A DNA stretch of 55,349 nucleotides, counting the filler, from Catajapyx aquilonaris (taxonomy: Eukaryota), in the NCBI GenBank assembly GCA_000934665.2. It is 3 parts of 3 records of this genome, joined end to end, with 100 filler letters (N's around TTAATTAATTAA, not from the genome) between each part and the next. Parts side by side here need not be neighbours in the genome. Positions count along the whole stretch, not along the records: positions 40,890 to 55,349 come from KZ539733.1; 2 more parts are not named here. One strand, given 5' to 3'. The notes under the pieces were generated by a model. It did not search any database, was not told where the DNA came from, and saw only the letters and a list, made by a program, of their open reading frames with translations. Each line of letters opens with the position of its first letter. Positions within the stretch are counted from its first letter, which is position 1. Below, piece by piece: positions 54,963 through 55,349 of this stretch. The translations under genes and the position numbers were made by a program.

Positions 54963-55349
54963 AAGAGGCCGGCATCGATGGGCTGATTCCGACCTCTCCA
55001 ACCACACCTCAAAGCCCTTCTCCTCAACCCACACCTAGTTCCGCGATAATGTCGGCTACCGCCTCAGTCATCATATACGGTCATGCCACCCGTGCCTTGA
55101 TAGACACGGGAGCTGCACGCTCCACGGTAAGCCTCAAGATATGGAACAGCCTACCTCCTCACCAAAAACCGCCTTTGACCCCTACTTCTATCACCCTAAG
55201 GTTGGGAGATAATCGTCGGGTCACTCCCGAAGGCGCAGTTGAGTTGCCAGTTACTATCGGGAGGGAAACCTATCCGGTTCAGTTCTTAGTCCTGTCGGAC
55301 CCCATCGTAGAAGTGTTATTGGGTATGGACTTCCTAAAACAAACTGGAA
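54953..55349 (+). CDS. pol: Retrotransposon Pol N-terminus (aspartic protease), -1 frame, truncated by window
   Basis: Open -1 frame with ALIDTGAARS (D codon at 55103) and VLLGMDFL near the window end. Confidence 0.88.

Larger units (their letters stand above)
53289..55349 (+). mobile_element. Gypsy/Ty3 LTR retrotransposon, 5' part
   Basis: 5' LTR 53289-53620 (TGTGAC...GTCACA, AATAAA at 53561), PBS at 53623-53640, gag, then protease in the -1 frame. Confidence 0.92.

Noticed and set aside
54619..55038. 139-aa ORF overlapping the gag end as the pol start
   Set aside because: It is the +1 frame and stops at 55038; the protease motif is in the -1 frame.

Overview
Eukaryotic, repeat-rich animal DNA, probably an arthropod (insect-like); this is inferred from the intron-exon genes, tRNA-derived SINEs and mariner, piggyBac and Kolobok-type elements. 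Two N-gaps carry an artificial TTAATTAATTAA linker (about 26190-26289 and 40790-40889), so the adjacency of the three segments is unproven. Genes that can be assembled from the sequence: (1) a decayed F-box/LRR gene (minus, about 1055-3152) split by a 1.15-kb TIR element; (2) the 3' three exons of a membrane protein with a PPxY tail (minus, 18690-20434, tentatively FAM189/ENTREP-like); (3) a complete 4-exon DNA polymerase eta gene (29944-39713, 600 aa); (4) a tandem pair of C2H2 zinc-finger genes (minus, 41482-43740 and 46033-50239); (5) the 5' part of an apparently intact Gypsy/Ty3 LTR retrotransposon (53289-end) with a tRNA-Leu PBS and a -1 gag-pol frameshift signal. Most other sequence is MITEs, SINEs and transposon relics, many with readable TIRs and TSDs. 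Best leads: a four-level transposon nest in the Pol eta intron; several different SINE heads sharing one 3' tail; a Kolobok-like end carrying a PYQFEP (KolX/P2X7-tail-like) ORF; an unexplained 445-nt palindrome with a perfect internal 41-bp core; and an unusually conserved block plus a CG-1-like relic upstream of both zinc-finger paralogues. No clearly new biological system can be proven from the sequence alone.
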